Shown here in pieces: positions 54,657-64,000 of a stretch of DNA of 64,000 nt; position 1 is the first letter of the stretch, and each line of letters starts with the position of its first letter. The notes beneath the pieces were generated by a model. That model saw nothing but the letters and a program-made list of their open reading frames with translations. It was not told where the DNA came from and made no database searches. This DNA is from an uncultured Candidatus Saccharibacteria bacterium (lineage in GTDB: Bacteria > Patescibacteriota > Minisyncoccia > Phycocordibacterales > UBA9988), in NCBI GenBank assembly GCA_964401135.1, contig CAYNXC010000001.1, forward strand, positions 2,627 through 66,626, written 5' to 3'. The translations under genes and the position numbers were made by a program.

Positions 54657-57600
54657 GATAAGGGTCATACTCACAGTACCTGCGCCATCGACGATACATC
54701 AATATTGTACTCTCAGGAGATGCCCCGAAAGGACGAGAGGAAGATTCATGATGAATGAGATTGACATATGGGGTTGCGAGTACTGAGTATCCGACACGAC
54801 GAAGACGGAGGCAAAAATCAACATCATTATACGCGACAGGAAGTGCACTATCAAATCCGTGAATCTTTTTCCAGTGATCTCGCCTCGTCATCAAACACGC
54901 TCCGGTGACAGCTAAAAATTCACGAGGAATATTCGGAAGATGTTCCGCATCAATATCTGCTTTACTCATACAACGATACGCATTGTATGCGATATGTCTT
55001 GGACCTAGGCCCATAACGATACCATACTCTTGTAAATACCCATTGGGATACCAGAGACGCGCCCCAACTACACCGATATGTTCTGAGCTTTCAAAATGTT
55101 CAGCAAGAACAGTGATCCAATTATGCTCCATACCCCACGCATCGTCATTTAGAAAAAGGATGGTATCCCCCTTACCTCCTTGAGCACCCTGGTTACAGAA
55201 CAAAGAAAAATTAAAAGGCCGGTCAACTTGAAGCTCTCGCACCATATTGTGTGGAAAAGTTGCACAAGTACGCGTAATATCCTCTCTAGCGCCATGATTG
55301 ATGACCGTCACATAGAGATGGTCATGCTGGTTGAAATCATAGATCCGACTTAGGCATTCTGACAGCATCTGGGCGTTACAGCTGGGCACGATAACATCAA
55401 TCTGAGGCTGCGTCACCATATGGTAATGGATGCGTACGCGACATGTCTCAGCAGAATGGAGATGGACCTCTGCATATTTACCTCTTCGTGTAAGTTCATC
55501 GCTTACTGCAGCGATAATGGCACTAGAGACATATGGCTTTACAGAGACGCTATACGAAGTAGAGAGCTTGTGTGCACGCCAAGCATACAACACGAGAGGG
55601 ATGTGCTCGATACTCTTAGTCAGGCGCGTTGCGCGCAGGAGAAAGTCAAAATCTTGTGCTCCATCGTGCTGTATTGAAAGGCAGCCTGTGGCATGGACAC
55701 ACGACAGACTCATACAGACAAGATGGCCGAAGTAATTTGCAGAGAGGAACGCCTCCGGCGACCAATCTGGTTTATATGCGAACTGCTTCAATGTCCCGTC
55801 TTCATAGATGATTGATTCGTCTGAGTATACGATATCCGCGCCAGTACGGATAATCGTTCGAGCGCACTCGGCAAGGGCATGAGGGTAAAGTAGATCGTCG
55901 TGATCCATGAATGCGACATATGAGCCACGCGCATGGGAGAGCGCGGCATTTGTATTCCCAGAAATGCCGAGGTTACTCGTGAGAGGGATGATGCGAATAC
56001 GAGTATCAGCGTACGCCATGCGTTGCAACGCCTCTCGTGCTTCATCATCAAGCTCTGATGTCGCAATGCATAGTTCCCACTGCTGATACTCCTGATTTCG
56101 CAATGATTGAAGCGCCTCCTGTAAAAAGAGTGCGGTGGATCGCCACGCTGGCATGATGACACTTATAAGAGGGCCGTGAATGAGAGATCTATCTTCTCGC
56201 TGATTGACAATGACACGGAGAGAGTGGTGGGTCGGATCAGGGATACAGGGTATGAGCTCTCTTAGAGCAGAAATGGCACTGCGTGGAGAGAAATAAGTTT
56301 CTGCATACTCGCACGACTGATGCCGCATAGTCTCTAACAGCCTGAGATCTGTGCAGAGGCGCACGATAGAAGAGACAAATTCGTCTCTCGTATCAGCAAT
56401 AAGAAAAGGTGCTGTCCCACAAAAACCTTCTGCTCCGACAGTAGTAGTCACTACAGGTACACCATGGATGAGTGCATCTGAAATCTTTCCTTTTACTCCG
56501 GCACCAAAACGGAGTGGAGCAATGACAGCGGTTGCAGAGTGATACAAATTGTCGAGTGCCCGTTCATCAGGAAAATGAACAAAATGAATGCCTGGAGCTC
56601 GCTCAACATATTCAAGCGGTATGAACGAACCAGCAACAACAAGATGTGCCTCTGGTAACATTGAGTGGAGATCAGGGAATAATTCATCAACGATCCATGT
56701 GAGGGCATCACGGTTTGGCTCGTGTAGAAAGCCCCCTACAAAGAGAACGACTGGCGCACGCTTCATCGTAGTGGAAGCTGTCACATTCCCAATAAAGATC
56801 GGAAGGAGAGCGACTGGTACATGCGGATACCGTTCTTCAATGATACTTTTTTCTAAGGTCGAATGGGTAAATATCCCCGAGACACGAGGACAGACAGCAT
56901 CCTCTTCTATACGAAAAGAAAGTGACGATACCGTAGGATCTGTGGCGAGAAATGCAATTTTTCGTTCCTCTCGAAGAGAGGCGATATCAGTAATGACTAA
57001 AAAGAATGGCGCCGGAATGTGAAGGCGTAATTCTTCACCGAGATCAGCCATAACTGAGGTACGAAAACAGAGCACGACATCCACACCCTTCCCATAGAGT
57101 GCCGCCCATGCTCGGGCATTACCCCTATGGACGAGCTCGATACCGATTTCCTGAATCGCAGGAGAGATGGAATCAAGTCCGGTATCTGTTTGGGGGATGA
57201 ACACAACGGTACATCCGATGGATGCGAGTAAGGTTAAGTAGTGGAATGTACAACGAGATCCTGCATCTTCTGAAGGGCGTGGTATAAAACGATCAAGTAC
57301 GACAACCACAGGGGCTGAACGTCGTGCTTCATTTCCAAACCGGTGAATATGTTTCTCCGTCTTAAGCGAGGGAAGGATCTGTCTCCATTTCGCAAGAAAT
57401 AACGGGCGTCTCTGCCTAACGTGAAAACGTACTGCATAATCTCCAGAGTCTCCGTACGATGCATGCTCCGAGTGTACGACTCGCGAGCGTGGCTGGTATA
57501 ATACGCGCTTGTCTAATGTCAAGGCTTGCAAGGCAAGGTCGGTATCCTCATAGTAAGCTGGGGTGAAGCGGATGTCATAACCACCAACTTCTTCCCAAAA

Positions 57601-58380
57601 AGTGCGTCTAACACAAAGAGCAGCTCCAGAGACATAATCAACCTGACGCACATTCTGATACTCTGAAGCAAGTGGTAGGTCTCCTCTCCCGTGCTGTGCC
57701 GTCCAGCCGTCTGGCAAGATACGGGCACCGGCTTCTTGGATATGTCCATTAGGAGACAAGAGAAGCGGCCCAGCAATGACCGCATCTGGATCAGATTCAA
57801 GTACTTGTACCAATGGGCGGAGCCAGTCTGCTTGAGGCACAGTATCATTATTGAGAAAGACCAGAAAAGTCCCACGCGCATGTTGTGCTCCCTCTCGAGC
57901 ACTTAAAAGATAACCGAGGCTTTGTTCGTGTCGGATGTGTATCGCATGCCTGACTGCCTGTACTCGTAGGGCAGGATCATCATCAGAGCCGTCATCAACA
58001 ATGATTAACTCATACGAGACTGCATATGTATGTTGGTGAATGGCGCGTAGACATGTCTCGGTATACTCCCAGTGGTTCCGACAACAGATAATAATGCTCA
58101 CTAGCGGACAATCTTCCTGAGAAAAGATAATAGGTATATCACTTTTTGGGTATGAGACTCTTGGTAGTAATAGCGTGGAATGATCCCGTACTGTACGGGC
58201 ACTGACAGAAGTCAAGAAGTCGTACGCATCTTGAAACGCAACAAACATTCCATAGGAGAAAAGGAGTCGCAAGCCACGGACTAAGCGCCGAGGTTGCCAA
58301 ATAATAACCGAAGGATAGTAGTGGAGAACAAAAAGCGTTTTAGCCAACAGATCAACAAAGCGTAGGTAGTGATACATCAT
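54613..58380 (-). CDS. Giant multidomain glycosyltransferase (about three GT2 modules plus one GT-B/GT4-like module)
   Basis: GT2-like SIIICCRNHWEYT...IIVDDGSDDD; ISVIMPAWRSTALF...NQEYQQWELCIA; IDVIVPSCNAQMLS. GT-B-like VVVLDRFIP... Confidence 0.7.
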   Translation of the reverse strand: MMYHYLRFVDLLAKTLFVLHYYPSVIIWQPRRLVRGLRLLFSYGMFVAFQDAYDFLTSVSARTVRDHSTLLLPRVSYPKSDIPIIFSQEDCPLVSIIICCRNHWEYTETCLRAIHQHTYAVSYELIIVDDGSDDDPALRVQAVRHAIHIRHEQSLGYLLSAREGAQHARGTFLVFLNNDTVPQADWLRPLVQVLESDPDAVIAGPLLLSPNGHIQEAGARILPDGWTAQHGRGDLPLASEYQNVRQVDYVSGAALCVRRTFWEEVGGYDIRFTPAYYEDTDLALQALTLDKRVLYQPRSRVVHSEHASYGDSGDYAVRFHVRQRRPLFLAKWRQILPSLKTEKHIHRFGNEARRSAPVVVVLDRFIPRPSEDAGSRCTFHYLTLLASIGCTVVFIPQTDTGLDSISPAIQEIGIELVHRGNARAWAALYGKGVDVVLCFRTSVMADLGEELRLHIPAPFFLVITDIASLREERKIAFLATDPTVSSLSFRIEEDAVCPRVSGIFTHSTLEKSIIEERYPHVPVALLPIFIGNVTASTTMKRAPVVLFVGGFLHEPNRDALTWIVDELFPDLHSMLPEAHLVVAGSFIPLEYVERAPGIHFVHFPDERALDNLYHSATAVIAPLRFGAGVKGKISDALIHGVPVVTTTVGAEGFCGTAPFLIADTRDEFVSSIVRLCTDLRLLETMRHQSCEYAETYFSPRSAISALRELIPCIPDPTHHSLRVIVNQREDRSLIHGPLISVIMPAWRSTALFLQEALQSLRNQEYQQWELCIATSELDDEAREALQRMAYADTRIRIIPLTSNLGISGNTNAALSHARGSYVAFMDHDDLLYPHALAECARTIIRTGADIVYSDESIIYEDGTLKQFAYKPDWSPEAFLSANYFGHLVCMSLSCVHATGCLSIQHDGAQDFDFLLRATRLTKSIEHIPLVLYAWRAHKLSTSYSVSVKPYVSSAIIAAVSDELTRRGKYAEVHLHSAETCRVRIHYHMVTQPQIDVIVPSCNAQMLSECLSRIYDFNQHDHLYVTVINHGAREDITRTCATFPHNMVRELQVDRPFNFSLFCNQGAQGGKGDTILFLNDDAWGMEHNWITVLAEHFESSEHIGVVGARLWYPNGYLQEYGIVMGLGPRHIAYNAYRCMSKADIDAEHLPNIPREFLAVTGACLMTRRDHWKKIHGFDSALPVAYNDVDFCLRLRRVGYSVLATPYVNLIHHESSSRPFGASPESTILMYRRWRRYCEYDPYLTPDAIRLGPFDDL

Positions 58381-59147
58381 ATGCGTTCTTCTAATGCTCT
58401 ATAGGTAGAAATCGCCGCATCAGGGATCCCATCAAATACAAGCGAGCCCCTATCGAGGACGATGATCCGAGAAGTGTGAAGTGAGAGAGCAGCCAAATCG
58501 TGCGAAACACACAGTACTGTATGTCCACGAATGGCTTCTCCCGACAGCCAGTGAAGCGCCCTTTCTCTAAATGCTTCATCAGTCCCGACATCAAATGCCT
58601 CATCTAAGAGGAGTATCCCTGGCTCAGTTTCTAGAATGACTCGCCTCATACATGAGAAGCCTAACCGTGCGAGCATACCAGATGAGAACTGCCCGATTTG
58701 ACTCTCTTCATACGCAGATAAGCCAGAAAAGACAATAGTATCGTGGACACCTTCCTTTAGTCGCTCGCCAACGATACCGAACAGGCGAAGTATCAGTTCC
58801 ACATTTCGGCGCAGCGTGAGGCGTGGAAAGAATGTAAATGCGTGCCCAGAAATGTAGAGTGCACGACCAGCGAGCACACAGGTACCGCCATCTTGAAGAT
58901 AGATGCCAGCGATGGTCCTCAATAGAGTACTCTTTCCTGATCCATTGTGGCCAATGATTCCCACTCGCTCTCCCTCACAAATATGTATTGACGGGATAGA
59001 AAGGACGATGCGAGTAGACACAATTCTGTGGTGGAATAACGACGCGAGATGAGTGATGATACCAGCATGGCCATGAGACGATATGCGAAAATTTTTCCTG
59101 AGCTGTTCTATTCGTACAGCTGTCTCATGGGCACTACACATACTCAT
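58377..59147 (-). CDS. ABC transporter ATP-binding protein (Wzt/TagH-type polysaccharide export)
   Basis: Walker A GIIGHNGSGKST, signature FSSGMLARLGFS, Walker B LLLDE. Confidence 0.8.
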   Translation of the reverse strand: MSMCSAHETAVRIEQLRKNFRISSHGHAGIITHLASLFHHRIVSTRIVLSIPSIHICEGERVGIIGHNGSGKSTLLRTIAGIYLQDGGTCVLAGRALYISGHAFTFFPRLTLRRNVELILRLFGIVGERLKEGVHDTIVFSGLSAYEESQIGQFSSGMLARLGFSCMRRVILETEPGILLLDEAFDVGTDEAFRERALHWLSGEAIRGHTVLCVSHDLAALSLHTSRIIVLDRGSLVFDGIPDAAISTYRALEERI

Positions 59148-59892
59148 TTATTCGTTGTCCGATAGTACGATGGAGGAGCACTGCGAGAACACTCATTGAA
59201 GCACACCAGGCGAAGATGGCAAGCAATTCTGAGTGGAAAGATGTTGACGGGAAGATACCTATCACATCACGAGTCGTAGAGACAAAGAGTGCCAGTGGGT
59301 TAAGAGAGAGGACAGAAAAAGAGAGGAAGGAGCGGTAAAAAATAGGAGTCCCAAGAAAGATAATCAGCAGTCCGAACCTGATGATGTATTCCAAGTCTCC
59401 AACATATACTCCCAAGAGTGAGACGCAGAAAGCAAGACAGAAAAGGAATACGCTAAAGAGAAGGAGTATTGGTAGGTATCCAAAGAGAGAGATGAGGGAC
59501 ACTCCTTCGTATAGTAAGAGAAGAGAGAGCGCGACAATCTCAATGCAGTGTGCATAGAGAGTACGGAGTACTAGCGCGGCGACAATGACTGGCACAGAAA
59601 GTTGCATACCTAAAAGAAGATGTCGATATGACCTTAGGAGCGATGATGATTCTGCCAGTACTGTTGAGAAAAAATTATACAGGACAAGACCTAGGCCAAG
59701 GTAACTTGCATATAATGGAACAGTAGAGCCTTCCCGTACAGAAAATAGAAAAAAGAGTACTATAAAAAGAAAGATAGGATCAAGAAGGTACCACATTACC
59801 CCAAGTAATGTATGTTCATTCCGGAGGAGGAAGAAAGTCTGGGAAAGTGTAACTGTCTTCCTCACATCCTGCCAATGCGATTCGCGACCCAT
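59134..59892 (-). CDS. ABC-2 type permease (Wzm/TagG-type)
   Basis: Six TM helices; overlaps the ATPase gene by 14 nt. Confidence 0.7.
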   Translation of the reverse strand: MGRESHWQDVRKTVTLSQTFFLLRNEHTLLGVMWYLLDPIFLFIVLFFLFSVREGSTVPLYASYLGLGLVLYNFFSTVLAESSSLLRSYRHLLLGMQLSVPVIVAALVLRTLYAHCIEIVALSLLLLYEGVSLISLFGYLPILLLFSVFLFCLAFCVSLLGVYVGDLEYIIRFGLLIIFLGTPIFYRSFLSFSVLSLNPLALFVSTTRDVIGIFPSTSFHSELLAIFAWCASMSVLAVLLHRTIGQRINEYV

Positions 59893-59906
59893 CCATCCTA
59901 TTGTAC

Positions 59907-60914
59907 CTACTTTCGCGTTCGGGACAACAGAGATTGCGCAGCCCGTATAATCCCTGCTTCATCAAGTCCATACTCCTTTAAAAGTTCTGGTGATGTACCA
60001 GATTGTCCAAAAAGATCTTTCACAGCAACCATCTCCATCGCAGTCGGACGAGTTGTCGAAAGTAATTCAGCAATCGCGCCACCCAGACCTCCAGAGGCTT
60101 GATGCTCTTCAACTGTCACTACCCCACGAGCATTTTTTACTGTATCTAAGATTATTTTTGTGTCTAAAGGCTTTACTGAAGAGACATTTACCACAGTAAC
60201 AGAGACTCCTTCTTTTGTGAGAGCAAGTGCAGCACGGAGTGTGTAGTACACGAGGACTCCCATCGCGAAAAAGACCAGTTCAGAAGTTCCTCCACCAAAG
60301 AGTACAGAAGCTTTCCCAATCTCAAACGGCGTATCATCGCTCGTGATAAGAGGGCTCTTTTCTCGTGCGAGGCGAATGTAGACGGGGCCGTGGTGCTTTG
60401 CAGCCGCAAGCGTTGCTTTGCGTGCTTCTATCGCGTCAGCAGGCACAATCACCGTCATCCGCGGCAACACTCTGGTGAGTGCAATATCCTCCAGCGCCTG
60501 ATGTGTGCCACCGTCAGGACCAACAGAGATGCCAGCGTGAGACCCAATGATCTTCACATTCTGATTGTTATAACAGATTGTCGTCCGTATCTGTTCCCAA
60601 TTTCTCCCAGGAGAGAACATCGCATATGAGGTAATGAAAGGTATCTTTCCCATCGCCGCCATACCTGAGGCAACGGATGCCATATTTTGTTCTCCGATCC
60701 CCATCTCAATAAAACGGGAGGGGAACTGCGAGGCAAAGAGATGGGTCATCGTAGACTCCTTCAAATCAGCACAGAGAGCGACCACGCGCTCATCTTCTCT
60801 CCCCATCTGCAAGAGACCCTCTCCATATCCCTTACGGATAGGTTCCTGAAACACTCCGACTTCAAAAAGATGGGGATTTAACTTTTGTTCAGCGTTAAGA
60901 AGATTCTCATTCAT
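59907..60914 (-). CDS. Transketolase C-terminal subunit (start at internal Met MNENLL; track ORF begins with upstream GTG)
   Basis: Pyrimidine-binding and C-terminal domains (GIGEQNMASVASGMAAMG). The ATG overlaps the tktN stop (ATGAATGA). Confidence 0.8.
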   Translation of the reverse strand: MNENLLNAEQKLNPHLFEVGVFQEPIRKGYGEGLLQMGREDERVVALCADLKESTMTHLFASQFPSRFIEMGIGEQNMASVASGMAAMGKIPFITSYAMFSPGRNWEQIRTTICYNNQNVKIIGSHAGISVGPDGGTHQALEDIALTRVLPRMTVIVPADAIEARKATLAAAKHHGPVYIRLAREKSPLITSDDTPFEIGKASVLFGGGTSELVFFAMGVLVYYTLRAALALTKEGVSVTVVNVSSVKPLDTKIILDTVKNARGVVTVEEHQASGGLGGAIAELLSTTRPTAMEMVAVKDLFGQSGTSPELLKEYGLDEAGIIRAAQSLLSRTRK

Positions 60915-61776
60915 AATCACTGTGTATCCTCCCACTAAGACTGCGCAATTCAGCAAGCGCCTGCATCGCCTCCTCTTTTCCCGGAGTCTTGCCGTGCCAA
61001 GAATACTTACCTTCAAACTCTGGCACCCCTTTCCCGGGAATGGTGTAGGCGATGATGAGTGTCGGCTTTCCAAACACCGCTTTCGCCTGCTCAACCGCCG
61101 CGTCAATATCACTAAAATCGTGCCCACTCACTTCAATTACATGCCAATTGAAAGCCTCCCACTTTTCCTTAAGTGGATCCAGCGGCATAACATCCTCTGT
61201 ATAGCCATCTATCTGGATGTAATTGCGGTCAATAATTGCGATCACATTGTGAAGTACTTCACGGGCGGCAAGCTGTGCCGCCTCCCACACTTGCCCACAT
61301 TCCTGCTCGCCATCTGACATCAGCGCGTAAAAATAGTGACGAGAAGTCTTTCCCGCATCTATGCGGTCGGCAAGTGCCATGCCTATCGCTTGTGAGAGCC
61401 CAGAACCAAGAGGACCAGAACTGGTCTCTAATCCAGGTAGCCACTCGCGGTGAGGGTGGCCTTGTAAACGCGACCTGAACTTGCGCAGTGTCTTCAGCTC
61501 GTCAATGGGGAAATAACCCGCATGCGCCATTGTCGCATAGAGTACCGGCGCGATGTGTCCATTTGAGAGGATAAGACGGTCTCGATCATTCCAAAAGGGA
61601 TTCTTTGGATCATGGCGGAGCGCATGGAAGAAGAGGTAGGTGAAGACATCCGCCATGCCTAAGGGGCCTGCCGTGTGCCCTGACCCTGCCTCAAGGAGCG
61701 ACTCAATGATGGAGACGCGGATTGCGTTCGACTTCCCTTCAAGAAAGCGAATTTTTTCGTCGTGTAGGTATGCCAT
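60907..61776 (-). CDS. Transketolase N-terminal (TPP-binding) subunit
   Basis: GSGHTAGPLGMADVFTYLF...SNGH. Confidence 0.85.
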   Translation of the reverse strand: MAYLHDEKIRFLEGKSNAIRVSIIESLLEAGSGHTAGPLGMADVFTYLFFHALRHDPKNPFWNDRDRLILSNGHIAPVLYATMAHAGYFPIDELKTLRKFRSRLQGHPHREWLPGLETSSGPLGSGLSQAIGMALADRIDAGKTSRHYFYALMSDGEQECGQVWEAAQLAAREVLHNVIAIIDRNYIQIDGYTEDVMPLDPLKEKWEAFNWHVIEVSGHDFSDIDAAVEQAKAVFGKPTLIIAYTIPGKGVPEFEGKYSWHGKTPGKEEAMQALAELRSLSGRIHSDYE

Positions 61777-62447
61777 TACAAAGCTGATAGCGCGTGCTCA
61801 AAATCCTCGTACGCTTGTTGTGGATTCTCTGCAGAAAAAATTGCTGATCCAACAACGAGGTGAGACACTCCTGCGTCTCGTAAACGCTTCACCATCTCAA
61901 GACGCACGCCTCCATCAACACTTATTGTAACAGAGGGATAGTGCTCTCGCAAAATAGAAATTTTTTCAAACACCCGTTCGTCAAACGGACTCCCGTAAGA
62001 CCCGAGTGAAGCGATGCTCATTAACTGCACTCTCTGTATCTTTTCGATACATGAATCAAGTACAGAGATAGGAGTCTCTAATGAGAGTGCGATTCCTAAC
62101 TCTGCGTGTGAGGATGAAAAAGTGCTCACAAGTGCTTCTATCTGCTGGGTCGCTTCGTAATGGATATAGACACGATCTGCAACATCCATCCATTCGCGAA
62201 GTACTCTTTCTGGTTCCTGTACCATTAGATGCACTTCCTTTTTCAGGGTACTCTTAAAGTCGCGGAGGTCATCTGGGTTATCCCATGTCTCCGGTCCTGC
62301 AAATCCTCCATCAGCAATATCTAGCTGTACCCACGAGGCAAAGCGCTCTGTAAGAGTGATTCTTTCTCGTACACCACTGAAGCTCCGCGCAATAATTGAG
62401 GGGATGATGAGTGCCTTAGAATTCATTTTCACTAGAGACGGTACCAT
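61776..62447 (-). CDS. rpe: Ribulose-phosphate 3-epimerase family protein
   Basis: IIPSIIARSF...HLMVQEP...VDGGV. Confidence 0.75.
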   Translation of the reverse strand: MVPSLVKMNSKALIIPSIIARSFSGVRERITLTERFASWVQLDIADGGFAGPETWDNPDDLRDFKSTLKKEVHLMVQEPERVLREWMDVADRVYIHYEATQQIEALVSTFSSSHAELGIALSLETPISVLDSCIEKIQRVQLMSIASLGSYGSPFDERVFEKISILREHYPSVTISVDGGVRLEMVKRLRDAGVSHLVVGSAIFSAENPQQAYEDFEHALSAL

Positions 62448-62883
62448 CTAATTTCAGTATTCTGCGTTCATGTCGTTCTTCACGGGAGAAGTCGGTGGTA
62501 AGCCAGAGCTGAACCGCTCGCTTTGCGTCATCCGCAGAAATAAAGCGAGCGCCAAGAGAGAGTATGTTTGCGTTGTTGTGAAGTCGCGAGAGACGAATAA
62601 TATCTTCTTGATATGAGTAAAGGACAGCGGCACGGACCCCACGAATACGATTTGCGCACATGGCTTCTCCCTCACCAGAACCACCAATAACAATCCCTCG
62701 GTACTCTTCAGGATTACTCCCAACTTGTTTCGCGACGATAGCGACTATGTCAGGGTAGTCGTCTTCCGGATTCAGTTCAAAAAATCCTTCATCATTCACC
62801 GTGTATCCCGCAGCCTTAAGAAACTCCTTGAGCTCGCGCTTGAGTTCAAATCCGGCATGATCTGCGGCAATAAATATTTGCAT
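62416..62883 (-). CDS. rpiB: Ribose-5-phosphate isomerase B
   Basis: MQIFIAADHAGFELK. Confidence 0.8.
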   Translation of the reverse strand: MQIFIAADHAGFELKRELKEFLKAAGYTVNDEGFFELNPEDDYPDIVAIVAKQVGSNPEEYRGIVIGGSGEGEAMCANRIRGVRAAVLYSYQEDIIRLSRLHNNANILSLGARFISADDAKRAVQLWLTTDFSREERHERRILKLDGTVSSENEF

Positions 62884-62888
62884 AAAGA

Positions 62889-63935
62889 TTATGGAGATGG
62901 TGTTTGTGCAATCCTCCCCGCCTTAATCACATGATCAATGAGTGCGTTAGTGTAGCCACTCTCATTATCGTACCACGCGAGCACCTTTACCAGGTTCCCA
63001 ATCACTCGAGTAAATGAGAGATCAACGAGGGAAGCATACGGAATGCCTACAATATCGGAAGAGACGAGTTGCTCGTTGGTAACCGCGAGGAGCTTCTTCC
63101 ACCGCTCTTCTCCTGCCGCACGAGTAAGGATTGCGTTTACTTCATCCTTCGTCGTCTCACGAGAGACAAGGCAGGTGATATCCGCAATGGAGCCAACTAT
63201 CACGGGGACACGGAGTGCAATCCCATCAAACTTGCCCTTGAGATCTGGTACTGCTTCGGTAACTGAGATGGCGGCACCCGTTGAGGATGGGACGATGTTC
63301 TGTGCCGCAGCTCTCCCCCGTCGCCAATCTTTTGCATCCGGGGCGTCAACCAACTTTTGCGTCGCAGTGTAGCCGTGCACCGTATTGAGCATCGCCCGCT
63401 CTATACCCATACTCTCGTGGAGTACCTGTATTACTGGGCTTGCCGAATTAGTGGTACAGGATGCATTTGAACTTATCACACAGGTCTTGAGTGCATCTTC
63501 ATTAATACCTAGGAGTACGGTTGCCCCCGTAACTGCACCAGTAGGATCATCTTTGGCGGGAGCAGAGATGACAACGCGCTTTGCACCAGCAGTGATGTGC
63601 GCGTGTGCCTTATCGTAACGCTCAAAGAGTCCCGTACACTCCACTACAACATCAATATCCTGTTCTTTCCAGGGGAGCTTCTCTGGATCTTTCTCTTGTA
63701 CGAACATGAGCTCTTTCTGTTGTACAGAGAGGCGTCCTTCCCGTACTGCGACCTCAAAAGTCGCCTTGCCATAGGCGGTGTCGTAGCGCAATAAGTACGC
63801 AAGGTTATCTAAGTCGCCAAGATCATTGATGGCAACGATCTCTAGGGCAGGGTTGTCGTAGGCAAGGCGCATAAAAGCTCTCCCAATACGCCCAAAACCA
63901 TTTATCGCCACACGGATGCGACGCTCTGCTTCCAT
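62889..63935 (-). CDS. gap: Glyceraldehyde-3-phosphate dehydrogenase
   Basis: INGFGRIGR; SNASCTTNS active site. Confidence 0.9.
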   Translation of the reverse strand: MEAERRIRVAINGFGRIGRAFMRLAYDNPALEIVAINDLGDLDNLAYLLRYDTAYGKATFEVAVREGRLSVQQKELMFVQEKDPEKLPWKEQDIDVVVECTGLFERYDKAHAHITAGAKRVVISAPAKDDPTGAVTGATVLLGINEDALKTCVISSNASCTTNSASPVIQVLHESMGIERAMLNTVHGYTATQKLVDAPDAKDWRRGRAAAQNIVPSSTGAAISVTEAVPDLKGKFDGIALRVPVIVGSIADITCLVSRETTKDEVNAILTRAAGEERWKKLLAVTNEQLVSSDIVGIPYASLVDLSFTRVIGNLVKVLAWYDNESGYTNALIDHVIKAGRIAQTPSP

Positions 63936-64000
63936 TGCTACTAGTATACAACATCAGAGAAAATCAAACCTCTCCTCCTGTGCATTGTTAAACACTCGGT

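Noticed and set aside
60885-60925. Apparent stop/frameshift in the N-terminus of tktC when the printed bases are translated by eye (aagaaagatt giving CTT TCT TAA)
   Set aside because: The ORF track reads through this position (…MNENLLNAEQ). Flanking coordinates re-synchronise by 61125. Most likely a one-base transcription or reading discrepancy in a homopolymer run rather than a real pseudogene. ORF-track coordinates are used.

Overview
The window is about 60 kb of roughly 50% GC chromosome from a small-genome bacterium. Its proteins are minimal versions of the usual ones: PheRS without editing or tRNA-binding domains, ThrRS without the TGS domain, a 729-aa SMC, a 152-aa EF-Ts, a split transketolase and a 1053-aa RpoB. 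By inference this fits a Patescibacteria/CPR-like lineage. A roughly 3.7 kb AT-rich segment (1..~3740) leads into it. TGA, TAA and TAG are all used as stops, so the code is standard. Most of the window is housekeeping: enolase, the dnaG-rpoD operon, rpoB-rpoC, rpsP-khpA-trmD, RNase R, SMC, rnc, nusB, rpmF, rnhB, dnaE, thrS, gyrB, pheST, tsf, rpsB, prfA, rpmE, rplY, fba, split tkt, rpe, rpiB and gap. The most notable accessory feature is the AT-rich segment (1..~3800). It is a compact co-directional operon of an HTH_17 excisionase-like protein, a beta-class DPPY DNA methyltransferase, an unidentified 377-aa partner and a large serine recombinase. The recombinase's last codons overlap the 3' end (CCA) of a tRNA-Asn(GTT) gene. 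I read this as an integrative restriction-modification-like or defence island whose left end lies outside the window. Other accessory or unusual features: a CdaA-YbbR fusion and an NusB-Nudix fusion; an adenylate-kinase-like protein with a degenerate P-loop; and two paralogous zf-HC2-like anti-sigma-type mini-proteins flanking a coiled-coil ORF next to rpoD. A 25-bp perfect direct repeat with a CACGGCCGTG palindrome brackets a membrane winged-helix gene. A TGTTAAACAC-N3-GTGTTTAACA palindrome is shared upstream of rplY and gap. There is a secreted protein with three tandem 276-bp repeats, and a polysaccharide locus with a 1255-aa multi-glycosyltransferase and Wzm/Wzt. No rRNA or CRISPR array was seen. 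The printed bases around 60880-61320 look one base out of register with the ORF track, so ORF-track coordinates are used for genes there.
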